Virus record (IMG/VR): IMGVR_UViG_3300043675_000009
Coordinates: 1-41,795 of that record
DNA length: 41,795 bases
From: a virus
Reading direction: 5' to 3' (one strand)
Shown here piece after piece: positions 30,638 through 39,927 of this stretch (within the stretch, counting starts at the first letter, position 1; each line of letters opens with the position of its first letter). The notes beneath the pieces are model-generated. The model did no database searches. It had not been told where the DNA came from and saw only the letters and a program-made list of their open reading frames with translations. A program made the position numbers and the translations under genes.

Positions 30638-31690
30638 ATGCCCACCAAGCGGCTTACCGGCGACCTGGCCCAGACCTCCGTGGGCATCAACCCCGGCATC
30701 GCCATCCCCGGCGGCGCGGACCAGGTCATCGGCCTGACCGACTGGACCATGACCATCAAAACCAAGTCGATCGATGGCTCGACCACCGACGATGACGCCT
30801 GGGAGGACTGGCTGCCCTCGATGTCTTCCTGGACGGCCAAGGCCAAATTTGTCTACCTGATGGGCGAGCCGTCGCAGATGACCAACATCATCCAGGCGAC
30901 CATCGGCACCGGCCGACGCACCTCGTCGCAGTGGAACTTCTTTCTGGATTCAGAGTCCGGAGACGACAGCTTCAGCGGCCAGGCCTTCATCAGCGGGCTG
31001 GGCATCTCCTCCATCATCGGCCGCACCGTGACCATGGATGTCACCCTGCAGGGCCGCGGCCCGTTGAACCTGCGCAACCAGGCCAGCTTCCTCGCCTCGC
31101 TTGTGCTGCCCAGCGGCGCCTTCACCAAAACCTTTAGCGTGCCCCTTGGCAGCAGAAACTGGGGCGCCATCTGGAGCGGCTTTACCCTGGTCGATTCGTT
31201 GCCCGGCGATGCTGTCATCACCGCCATTTATCCGACGATCATCGCCAGCGCCGTGCACGATTTTTGTCTTCAATATTTAATGTATGGTTCTGTCGCCGAC
31301 GGTGGCCTGGGTGGAGGACTCTCCGGCGCGCAGTTCACGGTTCCTTTCGCCACCGGGTTTGTCTCGCCCGAGGCATCGTTTGCCAGCACGCAATTTACCG
31401 CGGCCAGCATCGGCACCTCGCTCTCCGATCTGATCGGGCAAAAAATCGGCGTAGCGATCAACTCCTCGCTGCTGACCAGCGGCCTCGAAGAGATGTTCGT
31501 CACCGGTCTGGCCTTTGCAATCCTTTACACGAGCGCCACGCCGGTCATCAATGCTCTGATGCCGCCGCCGGTCACGGTCCCCTCTGGACAGGGAATGGCG
31601 TTGGCTCTCCCCTTCGGTGCCGTTGACCTTCTCGGCCCTCCTTCGGGAGATGGCACAGCCGTCGCTACTCCAGCGCTGAGTGAGGAATAG
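30638..31690 (+). CDS. Tail-tube paralog fused to a roughly 200-aa C-terminal domain (distal-tail/baseplate-hub candidate)
   Basis: The N-terminal 150 aa align with the tube protein 23744..24421 (MPTK(K/R)LTGDLAQTSVG, DW.(I/T).K.K, AKAK(Y/F)VYLMG(D/E)PSQ, WNFF, GDDSF(T/S)G, L(K/Q)G(T/R)GPL). GGGGAGG RBS. Confidence 0.7.
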   Translation: MPTKRLTGDLAQTSVGINPGIAIPGGADQVIGLTDWTMTIKTKSIDGSTTDDDAWEDWLPSMSSWTAKAKFVYLMGEPSQMTNIIQATIGTGRRTSSQWNFFLDSESGDDSFSGQAFISGLGISSIIGRTVTMDVTLQGRGPLNLRNQASFLASLVLPSGAFTKTFSVPLGSRNWGAIWSGFTLVDSLPGDAVITAIYPTIIASAVHDFCLQYLMYGSVADGGLGGGLSGAQFTVPFATGFVSPEASFASTQFTAASIGTSLSDLIGQKIGVAINSSLLTSGLEEMFVTGLAFAILYTSATPVINALMPPPVTVPSGQGMALALPFGAVDLLGPPSGDGTAVATPALSEE

Positions 31691-32434
31691 ATGCCCACCC
31701 GGCCTCCCTTTTCCCTGCTCAGCGTTGTAGCCAATATCGAGCGGCACAAGCTCGCCTCCGGCGAACCCTGGCTGCTGCTGATGGACCTGGCGTGGCCCGG
31801 CACCAATCCACTGACCGACTCGCACGTACGCCTGGTGCGCAATCTCGACCCCGTCACCTTCGACGCCGGCGACGGCAACGGCCCCCAGGTCTATTCGCCC
31901 TTCAACTTCCAGATGGGCGACCTGGCCGTGAGCTCCAACGGCAGCGTGCCCGAGTGCGAGATCCAGGCCAGCAACGTGATGCGCGCGCTGCAGCAGACCA
32001 TCGAGCAGTTTGCCGGCGTGGTCGGCGCATCGCTCGACCTGTACGCCGTCAACACGTCGAACCCATCGGGAGAGCCGGACCTCGCGCTCAGCTTCACGGT
32101 CAAGCAGACGATCAGTGACGCGAAGCAGGTCCACTTCAAGCTCGGAGCCTCGTCGCCGCTACGCAGGCTCTTCCCGATCCACATGTACCGGCCGAATTAC
32201 TGCATCTGGCAGTACAACTCCCCTGCCCTGCAGGCGGCCACCGCCGCTGCCATCCTGGCCGGCACCCCGCTGAAAGATCCGCAGGGCGCGCAGTGCGGCT
32301 ACATCGGCGTGATGACCACCTGCAGCCACACCATCGACGGCACCACTGGCTGCATCGCGCACAACAACCTGATACGCATCGGCACCTTCCCCGGCATCGA
32401 CACCAACGGCGCGGCCGTGGCGGGGGTGGCGTGA
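31691..32434 (+). CDS. Minor tail protein, lambda gpL-like
   Basis: Synteny plus the C-terminal Cys cluster YCIWQY...CGY...C....DG..GC.......IGTFPGI, as in the gpL Fe-S region. Confidence 0.7.
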   Translation: MPTRPPFSLLSVVANIERHKLASGEPWLLLMDLAWPGTNPLTDSHVRLVRNLDPVTFDAGDGNGPQVYSPFNFQMGDLAVSSNGSVPECEIQASNVMRALQQTIEQFAGVVGASLDLYAVNTSNPSGEPDLALSFTVKQTISDAKQVHFKLGASSPLRRLFPIHMYRPNYCIWQYNSPALQAATAAAILAGTPLKDPQGAQCGYIGVMTTCSHTIDGTTGCIAHNNLIRIGTFPGIDTNGAAVAGVA

Positions 32435-32892
32435 TGACTCTTAAAGTCTGCGGCTGCCATAGCTATCTCGACATTTTTGTTTATGCCGATCTGGTGGGCA
32501 AACCCTATGCAGAAGGGGCGCGCGGTCCGGAGGCCTACGACTGCCTGGGCCTCGCGATCGAGATCCAGCGCCGCCGCGGCTTCACGGTTCCGGACTTTGT
32601 CTCCAGCGAAGCGGAGCTGCATCGCCAGCTAGCCGGCGGCGGTTTTCTGGCCGGATGCAAAAAGCTCGAGGCCGCGGAGTATGGCTGCGTCGTGCTCTTG
32701 CGCAACGGCGACCTGACGCACCACCTGGGCACAATGATCGCCCGTCACCGCATGATCCACACCACCGCGCAGACGCGGGGCGCCGTAATCGAACCCATCC
32801 TCGGCCCGCTGTGGGAGCGCCGCATCCTCGGCTTCTACGCGATGGGATCGCCCGACCTCGAGCCGATGCGTGATCCCTGGTCTCCCGCATGA
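32434..32892 (+). CDS. NlpC/P60 tail protein (gpK-like, peptidase domain only)
   Basis: GPEAYDCLGL (catalytic Cys), THHLGTMI and MIHTT His residues. Synteny between the gpL-like and gpJ-like genes. Confidence 0.75.
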   Translation: MTLKVCGCHSYLDIFVYADLVGKPYAEGARGPEAYDCLGLAIEIQRRRGFTVPDFVSSEAELHRQLAGGGFLAGCKKLEAAEYGCVVLLRNGDLTHHLGTMIARHRMIHTTAQTRGAVIEPILGPLWERRILGFYAMGSPDLEPMRDPWSPA

Positions 32893-35800
32893 TCCAGGTC
32901 ATCCAGGTCGTCAATCCGCTGCAGCCCTCGGTCGATCGCGTTACCCACGAGATCGCATTCGAGGACGGCTGGTGCCTCGAGGAATATATCTCCGATGTGC
33001 TTGCGGGTGAGATCGAAGGGCTCACCGCTTCGCTCAACGGCAAGGTCGTCGCCCGATCGCTGTGGGAACTCACCACGCCGCGCGATGGCGACTGCATCGT
33101 CTGCGCTCCCTCCCTGGAGGGGGCCAGCCTGATGCGCACCCTGGCGACCGTCGCCGTGGTGGCTGCCAGCATCGCGGTTGCCGCGGTCTCGGCCGGCGCG
33201 GGCTTCGTCATGCTCGGGATGACCACGGCCATGACCGCCTCGGTGCTCGGCAGCGCCGTCAGCGTCGCGGGCAACCTGCTGATCAGCGCCTTCCTCAACA
33301 CTCCGGCCAGCAGACAGACCACACCCACCTATGCCTTCGACGGTCCGCATTCGCTGGCTCAGTCCGGCACCGTCATCCCCAAGGGCTGCGGCACCTTCCA
33401 GTGGGGCGGCAACATCATCGGCAGCTTCATCGATATCGAAGGCCTGAACCAGTACATCAACTGCCTGGTGTGTTACGGCTTCGGCCCGGCGCGCGCCATC
33501 ACCGAGATCCAGATCAACGGCAAGGACATCGCCGAGTACGGCAACGTGCAGTACTACGTCCGCTATGGCGCCAACGATCAGCCGCCGATCCCGAACTTCA
33601 ACCGCGTGGTGAACGGCTTCCCCCAGAACACTCAACTGAAGGCGGGAGTGCCCGTGATCGTGCCCGGCACCGGAACCCTGACCCAGATCCTCCAGGTCGA
33701 CGTAGTGGCGCCCGGCGGATTGTGGGAGATCACCTCCCAGGGACATCTGATCGTCCGCAGGGTCACCTATCTGGTGGAGTATTCGGTCTCGGGCGCGGGC
33801 ATCTGGTTGCCCGTGATCCAACCGCTCACCACCCAGGACGTCGTCACCTACGACCCCTTCACCGGGCTGCCCAACCCCTTCCCCCCATGGTGCGCGGTCG
33901 CCACCGATCTCCCGCCCAACTCCGGCGTGGTCTATTCCACCGGCAGCGGCTCGCACACGCCCGGCGATCCCTTCACCGCGACCCAGACCCTCACCTTTCT
34001 CAACCCGGACAGCAGCACCCACACCGCCAGCCACGTGGTCACCGGAGAGTGGCAGCTTACCGACCCCAAGATCAACCAGGTCGAAGTGCTGACCTGGAGC
34101 GCGGGCTATATCGACTTCAACGGGGCGGACCAGTCTCCGCTCTACAACCGCACCAACATCTACGGCCTCGCCCCAAACAAGTACGACGTGCGCGTCACCA
34201 AGTATGGTTCGGGCCGCATTCCCAGCACGATCCAGCCCGGCGACAACATCTCCTCGAACATAGGCGAGGACATCTGGATGCACTCGGTGAACGAGGTGCT
34301 GCTGCTCGATCTCGCCTATCCCAACATGATCCTGATCGGGGTTCGCGCCCTGGCCACCGGGCAGCTCGCCGGCTCGCAGATCAACATCACGGCGCGGATC
34401 CAGCACGGCCTGCGCACGCTGGACAACAACATCATGCCCGGCGCACTCCAGGCTTACGAAGAAGACAACCCCGCCCCCGTGGCCTCCGACATGATGCTCG
34501 ACGGCCTCTACGGCGGCGGCCAGTCGCCCGGCATCAAGGCGCCCAATATCGATCGCTTCATGGATGAGTGGATCTCCTGGGCCGAGCTGAACGATCAGCT
34601 GGTGCCTGACGGCAACGGAGGCAACATCCGCCGCCACGTCTTCAACGGCGTCTTCGACAGCGAGAGCAATCTCTGGGACCAGTTGAACGCGGTGGGCAGG
34701 ATGTCGCGCGCGCAGATCATTCCGCTGGGCCGCGACTACGGCGTCTTCGTCGACCAGCCAGACACGCCCTGCCAGATATTCACCATGGGCAACATCGCCC
34801 AGGACAGCTTCAACGATACCTGGGTGCAGATCGACGACCGCGCCAACCAGATCGAGATCCAGTTCGCCGACGCGACGCGCTTCTACAAGCAGGACAACCC
34901 GATCGTCTATATGGACCCGGCCCTGCAGGACACCGGGCAGATTATTAAAAACGTTCGCGTCGACGGCAAAGGAATCACCAGCCCCGCGCAGGCCTGGCAC
35001 CTGGCCCGGTTCAAGGAACGCTGCAACCAGTTCCTGCTGCAATCCGGAAGCTTCAGGACGGATACCGACGGCATCGCATCGCGGCCGGGCAATGTCGTCA
35101 TCCTGCAGCACGACGTGCCGGAGTGGGGCTGGGGCGGACGCACGCTGACGGGCTCGACCGCATCGGTGGTGAACATCGATCGCGACGATCTTCCTTTTGT
35201 CGGTGGCACCAGCTACTCGCTGATCGTGCTCTTCGCCGCGCTCTCGCGCTATACCGGCACTGTAAATTCGGTCGCACCCGTAATCGATCTCACCGGCGTG
35301 AACGTCGGGACGCAGTTGAATCTGTCGAGCTTCGACAACACGCATCGGGTGACCCGCGCGGTAGTGGTCGCGGCCGGCATCAGCTACGACTGCCCCGTCA
35401 CCAGCACCGGCGCGGGCCTTGTCGTCGTCCAGCCGATCGCAGGATTCACCGCCGCGGCGGGGCAGACCTACACGCTGTACGACACCGATGTGATGGTGAC
35501 CTCGTCCGTCACCGCGGCCGACGCGACCACAGTAACGCTGGGCACGCCGCTGCCGCAGGCGCCGGATGATTTCGCGACCTACTTCTATGGCCCGGTGGGA
35601 ACGCAGAAGCTGGTGCGCATCCTCACCATCAAAAAGGCCAGCGAATACCGATCGACCATCGAGTGGATCGACTACAACGCCGACGTCTACATCGACGGCA
35701 CGCCCATCATCGGCGAGACCTCCGCGCAGATCACCAGCAACCCCGGCGTGACCTCGCTGGTGGGCAACGAGATCCTGGTGCTGACCGGCGGCGCTTACAT

Positions 35801-36953
35801 TCCCTACGCCTCGCTCAGCTGGCAGCTGGGCCCGGATACGGTTGGCGTCGGCATCTACGCCTCCAATCCCGGCGATCCGGTGGGCTCGCTGCCGCAGATG
35901 GTGGCGCGGCTTACCAACTTCGCCACCAGCTGGCAGGTGCAGATCTCGCCGGGGCAGCAGACCACCTACACCGTCGTCGGCTTCGACATCAACAACCTCT
36001 ATGCCGGATTCCGAAGCGCGCCTTCTGTAACCATCACCGGTCTGGGTGCGACACCCAATCTTTTGCTCAACTCGAATTTCTCCAGCGGCTTCACCTTCTG
36101 GACACCGACACCCCGCGCGGGCGATGGCTTCGCTCCGGATCTGTTGAACGGCGGCGAGTCGGTCTATACGGTTGCGGGCACCACGCTGGCCGCCGCGACC
36201 ACTCTGCTCGCGCAACCCATCGCGCAGTCGACGTGGGCGATCGGCGACTACCTGATGCTGAGCGCGTACTTCAAAGACACGGCCGTCTCGACTGCGAACG
36301 TCGGCACTCTCATCACCACCATCACCTTCCTCAACGCCGCCGGAGGAGTGATCAGCACAGTCTCGGCCACGGCCGCGCTTAGTGGCATCGTTCCGGGCAT
36401 GGTGCGGGTGAACACGGCAAGCACCCTCATCCCCGCGCTGACGGCCGGTGTGCTGGTCACTGTGGGTGTCGCCGGCGCCGGTCTCAGCATTCCCGTTGGC
36501 TCGACGCTCAGCATCGCCACCATGCTGCTCGAACTCTCGAACTCGACCCAGACCGCGCCCAGCCCCTGGGCGGGATCGCCTACAGGCAGCCAGATCAACA
36601 CCTACAGCAATGCGCCTCCGTTCGCGCTCACCCAGCCCACGTCGACCACCATCGCGCTGTCTGCGGTGGCTGTCACCTTCGGGGCTGTCACCGTCAATTA
36701 CAGCGCTCGCACCTTCACCATTCCCGCGCCGACCGTGTCCACCGGCGTCTGGTACTACGTCACCATCGCTGACGCCCCGCAGGCTGGCGAGTCCGGAGCC
36801 GTGCTCACAGCGAGCTGCGTGATCACCACGGCGCTGGTAGGGCTGCAGGGCCAGACTTACATGGGCGCGATCCTCGCGCTTCCGGCCGGCGGCGCAAGCC
36901 AGATCCTTCCCGGCGGCTGGCCCGCCCCGCAGAGCGCGCAGGTGGTCTCATGA
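32889..36953 (+). CDS. Host-specificity / central tail fibre protein (gpJ-like) with a fused gpI-like N-terminal domain
   Basis: 1354 aa. The first 140 aa form a ubiquitin-like segment followed by hydrophobic stretches (TLATVAVVAASIAVAAV.., TTAMTASVLGSAVSVAGNLLISAF), as in gpI. The remainder resembles the gpJ Phage-tail_3 region. Confidence 0.85.
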   Translation: MIQVIQVVNPLQPSVDRVTHEIAFEDGWCLEEYISDVLAGEIEGLTASLNGKVVARSLWELTTPRDGDCIVCAPSLEGASLMRTLATVAVVAASIAVAAVSAGAGFVMLGMTTAMTASVLGSAVSVAGNLLISAFLNTPASRQTTPTYAFDGPHSLAQSGTVIPKGCGTFQWGGNIIGSFIDIEGLNQYINCLVCYGFGPARAITEIQINGKDIAEYGNVQYYVRYGANDQPPIPNFNRVVNGFPQNTQLKAGVPVIVPGTGTLTQILQVDVVAPGGLWEITSQGHLIVRRVTYLVEYSVSGAGIWLPVIQPLTTQDVVTYDPFTGLPNPFPPWCAVATDLPPNSGVVYSTGSGSHTPGDPFTATQTLTFLNPDSSTHTASHVVTGEWQLTDPKINQVEVLTWSAGYIDFNGADQSPLYNRTNIYGLAPNKYDVRVTKYGSGRIPSTIQPGDNISSNIGEDIWMHSVNEVLLLDLAYPNMILIGVRALATGQLAGSQINITARIQHGLRTLDNNIMPGALQAYEEDNPAPVASDMMLDGLYGGGQSPGIKAPNIDRFMDEWISWAELNDQLVPDGNGGNIRRHVFNGVFDSESNLWDQLNAVGRMSRAQIIPLGRDYGVFVDQPDTPCQIFTMGNIAQDSFNDTWVQIDDRANQIEIQFADATRFYKQDNPIVYMDPALQDTGQIIKNVRVDGKGITSPAQAWHLARFKERCNQFLLQSGSFRTDTDGIASRPGNVVILQHDVPEWGWGGRTLTGSTASVVNIDRDDLPFVGGTSYSLIVLFAALSRYTGTVNSVAPVIDLTGVNVGTQLNLSSFDNTHRVTRAVVVAAGISYDCPVTSTGAGLVVVQPIAGFTAAAGQTYTLYDTDVMVTSSVTAADATTVTLGTPLPQAPDDFATYFYGPVGTQKLVRILTIKKASEYRSTIEWIDYNADVYIDGTPIIGETSAQITSNPGVTSLVGNEILVLTGGAYIPYASLSWQLGPDTVGVGIYASNPGDPVGSLPQMVARLTNFATSWQVQISPGQQTTYTVVGFDINNLYAGFRSAPSVTITGLGATPNLLLNSNFSSGFTFWTPTPRAGDGFAPDLLNGGESVYTVAGTTLAAATTLLAQPIAQSTWAIGDYLMLSAYFKDTAVSTANVGTLITTITFLNAAGGVISTVSATAALSGIVPGMVRVNTASTLIPALTAGVLVTVGVAGAGLSIPVGSTLSIATMLLELSNSTQTAPSPWAGSPTGSQINTYSNAPPFALTQPTSTTIALSAVAVTFGAVTVNYSARTFTIPAPTVSTGVWYYVTIADAPQAGESGAVLTASCVITTALVGLQGQTYMGAILALPAGGASQILPGGWPAPQSAQVVS

Positions 36954-38968
36954 GCCTGCCCACAACCGCAATCGGTTTCAGCCCTTCGACTCCGCCCGCG
37001 CCGATCGGCGATCAGAACACTATTCCGCAGGGCGACAACGGAACGCCGCTCGAGAAGTTCAGCCAGTATCCGCAGCGGGCCACGGCCTCACTCCGGGGCA
37101 CGGTAAAGCCGGATGGGACGACAACTACGGTTGACGGCTCCGGCAACATGACTGCGAAGGCTATGGTGGGCGACACCGGTTCAGGCGGAGCTGCCGGCAT
37201 CGTTCCTGCTCCTCCCGCTGGCTCGGCGGCCGCAGGGAAGTTCCTAAAGGCTGATGGAACGTTTGCGATTCCACCTAACGCTTCGCCACTGACGACGAAG
37301 GGTGATCTCTTCGGTCACAGCACGGCGGATGCGCGGATACCGGTTGGCACGGATGGGCAGGTGCTCACGGCGGATTCAACGCAGGCTCTCGGAGTGAAGT
37401 ATGCGACTCCGGCTGCCACTGGCATCACCGCACTCACTGGCGATGTCACGGCCTCGGGACCGGGCAGCGCTGCGGCGACTCTGGCCAGCACCGCAGTCAC
37501 ACCGGGAAGCTATACGAATGCGAACGTAACCTTCGATGCGAAAGGACGTGCAACGGCGGCATCGAACGGCAGTCTGGCCGCAGGCTCTGGCCTGATTCAG
37601 CTTGTTCAGTTCGCGACCGTGACATCCACCAGTGGCACGGTCACCTGCACCTTTGCTCAACCTGTTCAGCAAGGCTCATCAATCGTTGTGGAGTATTTTG
37701 GCGTAGGAAATGTCATTGTCATCACCGACTCGCAGGGAAACACCTATACCCAATACAACCCGCAAACCTGGTCCGGCTTTGTATTTGTGTCGCAGTTTGT
37801 TGCGTTGAATGTGGCGGGGGGTGCCTCTATCAGCGTGACGGCTGCTGGCGCAGGGTCCGTTGGCCTGGTGAGTATCTACGAATACAGCAGTGTGCAGTCA
37901 GTCGATACTTCTATCTCCGCGATTGCATCCAGCAGTCCCGTATCCAGTGGTGCCATGACTACGGCGACCAACGGCGATCTCATCCACATGACCGCAGCAG
38001 CCAACGGAACAATTACTGGACCTGCCAACAGCGGAGGGTGGCCACTGGTTCAGTCTGTGGTATCTGCATCATTCAACCCTTCGAGCTACATCACCACTCA
38101 ATCGGCAGCAGGCAGTATTTCCAACACCTTCAGCTATCCGACTGGCGTGGGCACGAATCACAACTACATCGCGTTGTTGGCACTCAAGCCGCGCTCAATT
38201 TCTCCCGCTGGCATGACAGCACTCACTGGCGATGTCACGGCATCGGGTGCGGGAAGCGTAGCTGCGACTCTCGCGACTACGGCTGTCACGCCGGGAAGCT
38301 ATACGAATACGAACCTCACCGTTGATGCGAAGGGGCGGATCACGGCTGCATCGAGTGGGACAGGGGGAGGCGGTGGAGGAGGATTTGGCTTCGGGCCACA
38401 AATAACGCCTACGACGCCGCCTTCAATCGCAAGCTTCACATGGGTGAATCAGGGGAGCGCCACAGCAACGAATCCGTCCGGGTCGCAGGCAATTGTCCTC
38501 GTTGCCCCGCCAAGCTCGGTGAACTACCGAATGCTTGTAAAGGCCGCGCCAGCGACGCCATATAGCGTAGATGCCTATTTCATTTTCAACCTCTACCCTG
38601 GCAACTATCAGACTGGCGGTTTTATCCTGCGCGAAAGTTCCTCCGGCAAATTCATATCGTTCTACATCATCTCCGGGCCAAGTTTCCCCGGATGGATTGG
38701 AATAGATCAAAACAGTGGGCCCGCGTCTCCCGTTGCGAACTTGTTACGCATTCCGCTGGCCACAGCGGTTTCTTCACTGTTCCTGCGCGTCACTGACGAC
38801 GGAACAAGCAGGACGTATTCCATGTCGACGGACGGAGTGGCTTACACGGTTTACTACACCGAGGCTAGAACTACCTATTTAACGGCAAATCAGATTGGTT
38901 TTCATGCCGACGATCAGACTGGCGCTAAGCAGGCCGTAGTGACACTCGTATCGTGGCTTGAGCATTGA
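36950..38968 (+). CDS. Modular tail fibre with two conserved 50-aa linker repeats, each followed by a lower-GC beta-rich domain
   Basis: ATGA coupling to the gpJ-like gene. Repeat motif (I/M)TALTGDVTASG.GS.AATLA.TAVTPGSYTN.N(V/L)T.DAKGR.TAAS. Poly-Gly hinge GGGGGGGFGFG. Confidence 0.8.
   Translation: MSLPTTAIGFSPSTPPAPIGDQNTIPQGDNGTPLEKFSQYPQRATASLRGTVKPDGTTTTVDGSGNMTAKAMVGDTGSGGAAGIVPAPPAGSAAAGKFLKADGTFAIPPNASPLTTKGDLFGHSTADARIPVGTDGQVLTADSTQALGVKYATPAATGITALTGDVTASGPGSAAATLASTAVTPGSYTNANVTFDAKGRATAASNGSLAAGSGLIQLVQFATVTSTSGTVTCTFAQPVQQGSSIVVEYFGVGNVIVITDSQGNTYTQYNPQTWSGFVFVSQFVALNVAGGASISVTAAGAGSVGLVSIYEYSSVQSVDTSISAIASSSPVSSGAMTTATNGDLIHMTAAANGTITGPANSGGWPLVQSVVSASFNPSSYITTQSAAGSISNTFSYPTGVGTNHNYIALLALKPRSISPAGMTALTGDVTASGAGSVAATLATTAVTPGSYTNTNLTVDAKGRITAASSGTGGGGGGGFGFGPQITPTTPPSIASFTWVNQGSATATNPSGSQAIVLVAPPSSVNYRMLVKAAPATPYSVDAYFIFNLYPGNYQTGGFILRESSSGKFISFYIISGPSFPGWIGIDQNSGPASPVANLLRIPLATAVSSLFLRVTDDGTSRTYSMSTDGVAYTVYYTEARTTYLTANQIGFHADDQTGAKQAVVTLVSWLEH
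37421..37570 (+). repeat. Tail-fibre linker repeat, copy 1 (150 bp)
   Basis: About 75-80 percent nucleotide identity by eye to 38210..38359. Confidence 0.8.
38210..38359 (+). repeat. Tail-fibre linker repeat, copy 2 (150 bp)
   Basis: See copy 1. The differences are not adenine-biased. Confidence 0.8.
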
Positions 38969-38980
38969 TCTACTCGCTCG

Positions 38981-39088
38981 CTACCTGCGCACAAAGTACA
39001 CCCACAGACCTACCGCCGCAAAAATGATGCCTTCCAATGCCAGCGCCAGCGGGTCGTCAGTGAAAAACTTCGATATTTTCTTAAGCAT
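38981..39088 (-). CDS. 35-aa small membrane peptide (MLKKISKFFTDDPLALALEGIIFAAVGLWVYFVRR)
   Basis: AGGAG RBS 7 nt before ATG 39088. One TM segment. Convergent with the tail fibre gene. Confidence 0.35.
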   Translation of the reverse strand: MLKKISKFFTDDPLALALEGIIFAAVGLWVYFVRR

Positions 39089-39179
39089 GTTTGCTCTCCT
39101 ATGACATGGGGGAAATTCAGATGGGGAGAGCTACCACCCTACCATCGAGCGTCCCAGGGAGCCAGCAATTTAGCGGGCT

Positions 39180-39209
39180 TTGACCGTTTTCGCGGATTGC
39201 GGCTATTAC
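39180..39209 (+). promoter_or_regulatory. Promoter-family copy B: TTGACC-N18-TATTAC, ATG 7 nt downstream
   Basis: TAGCGGGCTTTGACCGTTTTCGCGGATTGCGGCTATTACCTGAGTCATG. No SD sequence fits between the -10 box and the ATG. Confidence 0.45.
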
Positions 39210-39216
39210 CTGAGTC

Positions 39217-39927
39217 ATGAAATGTCTCCGCCTTCTTGCCTCTCTCCTGTTCGGCCTCCTGGCCTCGTGCAGTTCCCTGCCCCAGTCTGCGTTCGCGCAG
39301 GCCGCGACGCCGACATGGTTTTCCGCGTCGCCGCAGCAGATCGTTGACGGCAGCTCGGTCACCTTCACCACGCCGGCCACCGTGCGCTACGGCCAGGACG
39401 CATCGACCTGCATTGCCACTTTTCTGACCTGCGTCAATGGACAGCCTTCTCTCGCGGCCTGGCTGCCACCGGTAACCATTACAGCGACGGCGGCAGCTCC
39501 CGTCACGATTGTGGTCGGAACGGACTGGGCCGGGTCCGATCCAAATCCCGGCGTCCGCAAGCAGCTCCAGATCGGGGAGGCGGCCGCTTCTCAGACGGCG
39601 ACGGTGGTCAACCCCAGCGGGGTTTCCTCAACCGTGATCGTGCCCGCGCTGCCGCCTTCCCCCACCGTGTACAGCCCCACCTACCGGGCCGGCACCTTCT
39701 ACCCGGCCAAGTTCTCGAATATATCCGTCATCACCGGCAACCCGGCCGCGCCGCTGCTCGAAACCTTCAACATCCCTCCCTACATGTTTGTGGCCGGCGT
39801 GCTCGAAAACTTCAACATGACTTTCTCCGTGGGCGTGGTTCCGTTTACCTGCACCTACGGCGGAGTCATGGTCTCTCCAACAGGGGCGGGCACTATCTCG
39901 ATGACCTGCAGCCCGATGCAGAAATGA
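39217..39927 (+). CDS. Secreted protein or lipoprotein, 236 aa
   Basis: The signal peptide MKCLRLLASLLFGLLASCSS has a lipobox-like LASC and also an AFA-Q type I cleavage site. Pro/Thr/Val-rich mature part. Confidence 0.7.
   Translation: MKCLRLLASLLFGLLASCSSLPQSAFAQAATPTWFSASPQQIVDGSSVTFTTPATVRYGQDASTCIATFLTCVNGQPSLAAWLPPVTITATAAAPVTIVVGTDWAGSDPNPGVRKQLQIGEAAASQTATVVNPSGVSSTVIVPALPPSPTVYSPTYRAGTFYPAKFSNISVITGNPAAPLLETFNIPPYMFVAGVLENFNMTFSVGVVPFTCTYGGVMVSPTGAGTISMTCSPMQK

Noticed and set aside
37421-38359. Diversity-generating retroelement (template/variable repeat pair) in the tail fibre.
   Set aside because: The differences between the two 150-bp copies are not adenine-specific. Both copies are coding and lie in the same gene. 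No reverse transcriptase (YxDD) ORF exists in the element.
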